This document shows, piece by piece, positions 15,314-19,329 of a stretch of DNA of 19,329 nt (within the stretch, counting starts at the first letter, position 1; every line of letters starts with the position of its first letter). Origin of the DNA: a virus (lineage: Duplodnaviria; Heunggongvirae; Uroviricota; Caudoviricetes); the IMG/VR virus record IMGVR_UViG_2802429248_000011, positions 1-19,329 of that record; one strand, given 5' to 3'. The translations under genes were made by a program, and so were the position numbers. The notes below the pieces were generated by a model, which was not told the origin of the DNA, made no database searches, and was given only the letters and a program-made list of their open reading frames with translations.

Positions 15314-15679
15314 GTGAAAAAGTTCGAAAACATAACTGCTCTCCATGTTGATGACTTTGATTATACAAACCCGGAACTTCTCCCGGAGGTTGTAAAGGCA
15401 ATAGATGTTGCCGATATAGTGATTAGAGGAAAGAGAATCGTCAAAAACAGGCTCGCATGCACTTCAGGAGCAATGACAGAAACAACCTCACAACAAGATG
15501 ATTATGAAGGCATTTGTCTGGAGCCGGACTCATTTGCGGTAAATGTTTATCATTTATTGCATGCAACACAGGTATTACATATGTCAAGTAATCACGAAAC
15601 AAAAACACTTGGCAGCGAAATTCTGAATTTTGCATGTGAATATGCAAAAGCTGCTGCCGAAAAAGAATTAGCACAATAA
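15314..15679 (+). CDS. Hypothetical protein (121 aa)
   Basis: GTG start with GAGGAA upstream; balanced composition; the antisense frames over its body are Leu/His/Cys-rich and look non-coding. Confidence 0.5.
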   Translation: MKKFENITALHVDDFDYTNPELLPEVVKAIDVADIVIRGKRIVKNRLACTSGAMTETTSQQDDYEGICLEPDSFAVNVYHLLHATQVLHMSSNHETKTLGSEILNFACEYAKAAAEKELAQ

Positions 15680-15875
15680 CAATAAATATTCCCTGAATGT
15701 TTATTACGGTTTTATCGCCGGGGATTGTTGCAACCTTTATTCGCAGGTGATTATGTTATGACTTTCCTGAAACATAAGGCATCGTATAAAACTGCCTGCC
15801 TCATTGTACAACATGGAGATTCTTATCTTCATATAGCCAACCTGTATTTGCGCAAAGCATATGGGAGATAAGTCA

Positions 15876-16064
15876 ATGGAAGAAAAACAACAAAACATAA
15901 CACATAAAAAAGTAAGAGTGTTGCTAACCATTGAAAATGGGAAGGTAATTCACTCAAAACATCTGTTGGATAATGAATTTGTTGGCTGCATGGATACATT
16001 TTTGTTGGTGGTAAAAAGAGCGGGTTACACTATTATTCCACCAGCAAAGGAGCAAACATTATGA
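15876..16064 (+). CDS. Hypothetical protein (62 aa)
   Basis: GGGAG Shine-Dalgarno before ATG 15876; stop overlaps the next ATG (ATGA). Confidence 0.5.
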   Translation: MEEKQQNITHKKVRVLLTIENGKVIHSKHLLDNEFVGCMDTFLLVVKRAGYTIIPPAKEQTL

Positions 16065-16642
16065 ATCATTCAGAGTTCCGACCAGAAGTTACGCCACACG
16101 GTATAAAAATTGGCAATACAACCATAGATTATGCCGAGGCCGTACAGCGACTTAATGATGGTGAATACGATAATCCAAATTCTCAAGGTTTAAGAATTAT
16201 GCAGTGTATTGCTGAAGCCGATGATGCCGGATTACTGGGACGATTTTCAGTCGATATGAAAGTTGCTCAATGGCGATGGCTGTATGTGACAACATTTATA
16301 AATGAAGAGGAAGACAAGAACGGCACCATTGATATCCCTAACGATAATGGAACTACAGATCGCGCAGTTATTTACAAGGGTAAACATGGTTGCCTGAGTA
16401 TCTACCCAGGGCCACTTCGCATTGCCCTGCAAAACCATGTCGAATGGAGATTCATTGAAAAATATGGCGAAGCTGAAGGCATGGGGCGAGTTCTGTTTCT
16501 CTATCAAAAAATGCTCATCGCAGATCCTGATAATGGCTTCATTGTCTCTGCTATGGGACGAGAAGGGCTTGAACTTCTTCTGGATGAAATGATTCACGAT
16601 CTGAATACTCATGGTATGCCAGAAACACCATTGGCACATTAA
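16061..16642 (+). CDS. Hypothetical protein (193 aa), acidic
   Basis: AGGAG Shine-Dalgarno 8 nt upstream; ATGA coupling to the upstream ORF; no recognised motif. Confidence 0.7.
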   Translation: MNHSEFRPEVTPHGIKIGNTTIDYAEAVQRLNDGEYDNPNSQGLRIMQCIAEADDAGLLGRFSVDMKVAQWRWLYVTTFINEEEDKNGTIDIPNDNGTTDRAVIYKGKHGCLSIYPGPLRIALQNHVEWRFIEKYGEAEGMGRVLFLYQKMLIADPDNGFIVSAMGREGLELLLDEMIHDLNTHGMPETPLAH

Positions 16643-16644
16643 AC

Positions 16645-16926
16645 ATGTCAAATCAGAATAAAATTAATGTATTTCAGGTTGAATCAAAACATAAAACACC
16701 TGTGATAAAACACGTTCGCCGCCATACACTCATCTATACGCCAGAAGAGTTTATGGCAATTCCAATGATAAAGAAGTTTATTCGTGATAATCCCGATCAC
16801 ATTGCTATAGATAAACATAACGGAGAAATAATGTTATCACGCGAACTTGCCGAAATTTACTGTAACGTGAATAACGGTAAAAAATTGAAAAAGGCAATCC
16901 GAAAAAAATCAGGAGTAACAAAATGA
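16645..16926 (+). CDS. Hypothetical protein (93 aa) with Lys-rich C-terminal tail
   Basis: Starts 2 nt after the upstream stop and overlaps the next start (ATGA); C-terminus ..NNGKKLKKAIRKKSGVTK. Confidence 0.62.
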   Translation: MSNQNKINVFQVESKHKTPVIKHVRRHTLIYTPEEFMAIPMIKKFIRDNPDHIAIDKHNGEIMLSRELAEIYCNVNNGKKLKKAIRKKSGVTK

Positions 16927-17291
16927 ATAGCATCGAGACACAATGTTCCTCATCTGAAGTTATGAACTATGACCCGAATCTGACGTTGTACGGACGCATG
17001 GCAAAACAAACTGTTCTATTAACTTTCGGGCTATGGGAATACCGCGAAACATTCGAAGTTTCTGTCGGCGGCAATCTGACCGGACTGGATGTTATCAGTT
17101 GCGCCATTGAAAGCCTGTACGCAACGCTGCCTTATGAAGAAGTCGAGGATGAGCGCGATATCATAGCCACCATTAATATCGGCGGCATGGAATGCAAGGA
17201 TGAAAACCTGAACGGAGAACTCTGGCTTGCCGGGATGCTTATCTCGGCAGAAATCATCAGTATTGAACCCGCTACAAACATACGACTCTGA
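16923..17291 (+). CDS. Hypothetical strongly acidic protein (122 aa)
   Basis: AGGAG upstream; about 20 acidic versus about 6 basic residues (..LPYEEVEDERDIIATINIGGMECKDENLNGE..). Confidence 0.62.
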   Translation: MNSIETQCSSSEVMNYDPNLTLYGRMAKQTVLLTFGLWEYRETFEVSVGGNLTGLDVISCAIESLYATLPYEEVEDERDIIATINIGGMECKDENLNGELWLAGMLISAEIISIEPATNIRL

Positions 17292-17322
17292 AGTTCTCAC
17301 AACTCAGGGAGCAGGAGAAAAA

Positions 17323-17565
17323 ATGTTCGCTTTGATTAATCAGGGGCAACTGTATACCGATAGTGCTGGCTACCCGATAAAAATTATTCGCTGCATAAAC
17401 AACACTGTGTTGTACAGAAGAATGGATGGGCGAACACAGTCGGTAAAAATAAACGATTTTAATGAACTGTTTGAACGAATCGATCACCAGGAATACCGAC
17501 AAATTCTGGCAGAAACAGAGCAGGAAGCTCATCTGAAAAAATTACGGGTCATGAAAAGGAAGTAA
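17323..17565 (+). CDS. Small protein resembling the DUF4222 family common next to xis/int in lambdoid prophages
   Basis: 80 aa from ATG 17323 (AGGAG Shine-Dalgarno): MFALINQGQLYTDSAGYPIKIIRCINNTVLYRRMDGRTQSVKINDFNELFERI...; family assignment from memory. Confidence 0.55.
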   Translation: MFALINQGQLYTDSAGYPIKIIRCINNTVLYRRMDGRTQSVKINDFNELFERIDHQEYRQILAETEQEAHLKKLRVMKRK

Positions 17566-17568
17566 AGA

Positions 17569-17715
17569 ATGAATAAAGCGTTTGAGCTATGGGTACGCCA
17601 GCGTTACGGCAATCGCTATGACCTGACGCGAGATGTTGACGGTTTCCACTGTCGTGAAATTGTGAAACGAATGTTTGAAGTGTGGTGTTACTGTCGTGGA
17701 CTGAATGTTGTGTGA
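17569..17715 (+). CDS. Hypothetical small protein (48 aa)
   Basis: AGGAAG Shine-Dalgarno 6 nt upstream; MNKAFELWVRQRYGNRYDLTRDVDGFHCREIVKRMFEVWCYCRGLNVV; its stop overlaps the xis Shine-Dalgarno. Confidence 0.45.
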   Translation: MNKAFELWVRQRYGNRYDLTRDVDGFHCREIVKRMFEVWCYCRGLNVV

Positions 17716-17723
17716 GGTAATGC

Positions 17724-17960
17724 ATGGGCAATGTGATTCAACTGGCTCCCAATGAATGGGTTTGTGAAAGCGTTCTTATCGCAATTACCGGGCTCAAACC
17801 AGGCACAATTCTTCGGGCCCGGAAAGAATGCTGGATGGTTGGAAGAGAGTATATTCACGTATCACCAGACGGTAATCCAAAGCCTTCCAGCGAATGTATG
17901 TATAACAGAAAAGCAATAGATGCCTGGGTCGCTTCAATGAAAAACAAACAACCTGGGTGA
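17724..17960 (+). CDS. xis: Excisionase-like protein (DUF1233-type putative Xis)
   Basis: 78 aa MGNVIQLAPNEWVCESVLIAITGLKPGTILRARKECWMVGREYIHVSPDG... directly upstream of the integrase; GAGGT Shine-Dalgarno. Confidence 0.7.
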   Translation: MGNVIQLAPNEWVCESVLIAITGLKPGTILRARKECWMVGREYIHVSPDGNPKPSSECMYNRKAIDAWVASMKNKQPG

Positions 17961-18015
17961 TTTAATGCCATGAAATATGTAAGCTCGTATCGCTCTTGGG
18001 CGTCTGGAGGTATGA

Positions 18016-19329
18016 ATGGATAAAGTTAAATATCCAACAGGCGTCGAAAACCACGGTGGCACATTGCGCATCTGGTTTAATTTTAAAGGTAAACGTGTCA
18101 GGGAAAATCTTGGTGTCCCTGACACTGCCAAGAACAGGAAGATTGCCGGAGAACTGCGGACATCGGTATGTTTTGCCATCCGCACAGGAAGCTTTGATTA
18201 TGCTGCACAGTTCCCTGACTCCCCTAACCTTCAGGCTTTTGGGGTAAGTAAAAAAGAAATTACGGTGAAAGAACTTGAAGAAAAGTGGCTGGATCTGAAA
18301 CGAATGGAAATCTCTGCAAATGCATTCAATCGTTATGAATCCGTTGCAAGAACGATGGTCCCGAAAATTGGAGGTAGCAGACTGGTGTCAACGGTGACCA
18401 AAGAGGAATTGCTGTATATCAGGAAAGATTTGCTGACCGGATACCAAAATCCAACAAAAGGTAAGGCTCCGGTAAAAGGGCGAAGCGTTATCACAGTAAA
18501 TTATTACATGACGACAATCGCTGGAATGTTTCAGTTTGCTGCAGATCACGGTTACTTAGAAGCAAATCCCTTCCAGGGAATTAAGCCTCTTAAAAGAGCC
18601 AGGGCAGAGCCAGATCCGCTAACTCGTGACGAATTTATTCGCCTGATAGATGCTTGCCGACATCAGCAGACGAAAAACCTGTGGTCATTGGCTGTGTACA
18701 CAGGAATGCGTCACGGTGAACTGGTCTCCCTGGCCTGGGAAGATATCGATCTGAAAGCAGGAACTATTACTATCAGGCGCAATTATACGAAACTCGGTGA
18801 GTTCACTCTACCTAAAACTGAAGCAAGTACAAACAGGGTTGTGCATCTTATCCAGCCCGCTATCAGTGTCCTGAAAAATCAGGCTGAAATGACAAGACTG
18901 GGTAAGCAGCACAACATCAAGGTTCAACTACGTGAATATGGACGTTCAGTGAATCATGAATGTACTTTCGTGTTTAACCCCCAGGTGGTTAGAAAAAGCA
19001 AACAGGTCGGTTTTATCTACAAGGTAGATTCTATTGGCGACTCATGGGAAACAGCCATTAAGCGTGCGGGCATCAGGCACCGGAAAGCATACCAGTCACG
19101 ACACACTTATGCGTGCTGGTCATTATCTGCCGGAGCAAACCCAAGCTTCATTGCCAGCCAGATGGGCCATGCAAGTGCCCAGATGGTGTTCAATGTATAC
19201 GGAGCATGGATGACTGACAGTAATGCAGAACAGATCGCAATGCTGAATCAGAAGCTGGCAGATTATGTCCCAATGATGTCCCATGGTCACCAAAGTGACA
19301 CAAGAGACTTATTAAAATCAGTGGGTTAG
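18016..19329 (+). CDS. int: Tyrosine-recombinase integrase (phage integrase family)
   Basis: 437 aa. C-terminal catalytic region with ..RHTYACWSLSAGANPSFIASQMGHASAQMVFNVYGAW..; GGAGG Shine-Dalgarno; stop codon is the last triplet of the window, so att lies beyond it. Confidence 0.92.
   Translation: MDKVKYPTGVENHGGTLRIWFNFKGKRVRENLGVPDTAKNRKIAGELRTSVCFAIRTGSFDYAAQFPDSPNLQAFGVSKKEITVKELEEKWLDLKRMEISANAFNRYESVARTMVPKIGGSRLVSTVTKEELLYIRKDLLTGYQNPTKGKAPVKGRSVITVNYYMTTIAGMFQFAADHGYLEANPFQGIKPLKRARAEPDPLTRDEFIRLIDACRHQQTKNLWSLAVYTGMRHGELVSLAWEDIDLKAGTITIRRNYTKLGEFTLPKTEASTNRVVHLIQPAISVLKNQAEMTRLGKQHNIKVQLREYGRSVNHECTFVFNPQVVRKSKQVGFIYKVDSIGDSWETAIKRAGIRHRKAYQSRHTYACWSLSAGANPSFIASQMGHASAQMVFNVYGAWMTDSNAEQIAMLNQKLADYVPMMSHGHQSDTRDLLKSVG

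Noticed and set aside
15441-15931. Minus-strand ORFs 15441..15674 and 15737..15931
   Set aside because: Leu/His/Cys/Phe-rich translations typical of antisense frames; they overlap better-supported plus-strand genes.
17031-17731. Minus-strand ORFs 17031..17300, 17272..17532, 17549..17731 and plus ORF 17996..18247
   Set aside because: Antisense or alternative frames of the coupled plus-strand genes and the integrase; no independent support.

Overview
This 19.3 kb window is the regulatory and right-arm half of a mosaic lambdoid prophage (enterobacterial, E. coli-like), lying in reverse orientation to the standard lambda map. All calls are made by eye from the sequence and from remembered protein families; no database search was run. 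Left to right: the 5' part of a lambda Nu1-like terminase small subunit (minus strand), a lambda-type cos site (cosN at 639-650), a frameshifted Rha-family gene, a phage-21-type lysis cassette (pinholin S, SAR endolysin R, Rz with embedded Rz1), a ~3.5 kb AT-rich moron island carrying divergent cold-shock genes (cspB-like, cspF-like) plus small ORFs and several intrinsic terminators, a lambda-Q-like antiterminator, a DUF968-like protein, a replication module (DnaB-like helicase, DnaC-like loader, O-like initiator with iterons inside the gene), small coupled ORFs, a second Rha-family gene coupled to a Cro-like gene, divergent pR/pRM-type promoters with palindromic operators, a LexA-like (S24) CI repressor, a consensus pL-type promoter, and a plus-strand early-left operon ending in excisionase-like and tyrosine integrase genes. 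The most likely place for an undescribed system is the early-left block (14688-17715): an HTH protein in the N position followed by uncharacterized, translationally coupled, AT-rich genes where lambda carries exo/bet/gam/kil/cIII. A second candidate is the region between the cro-coupled Rha gene and the replication genes, which holds a long open frame with no canonical start and a candidate oop-like antisense RNA.
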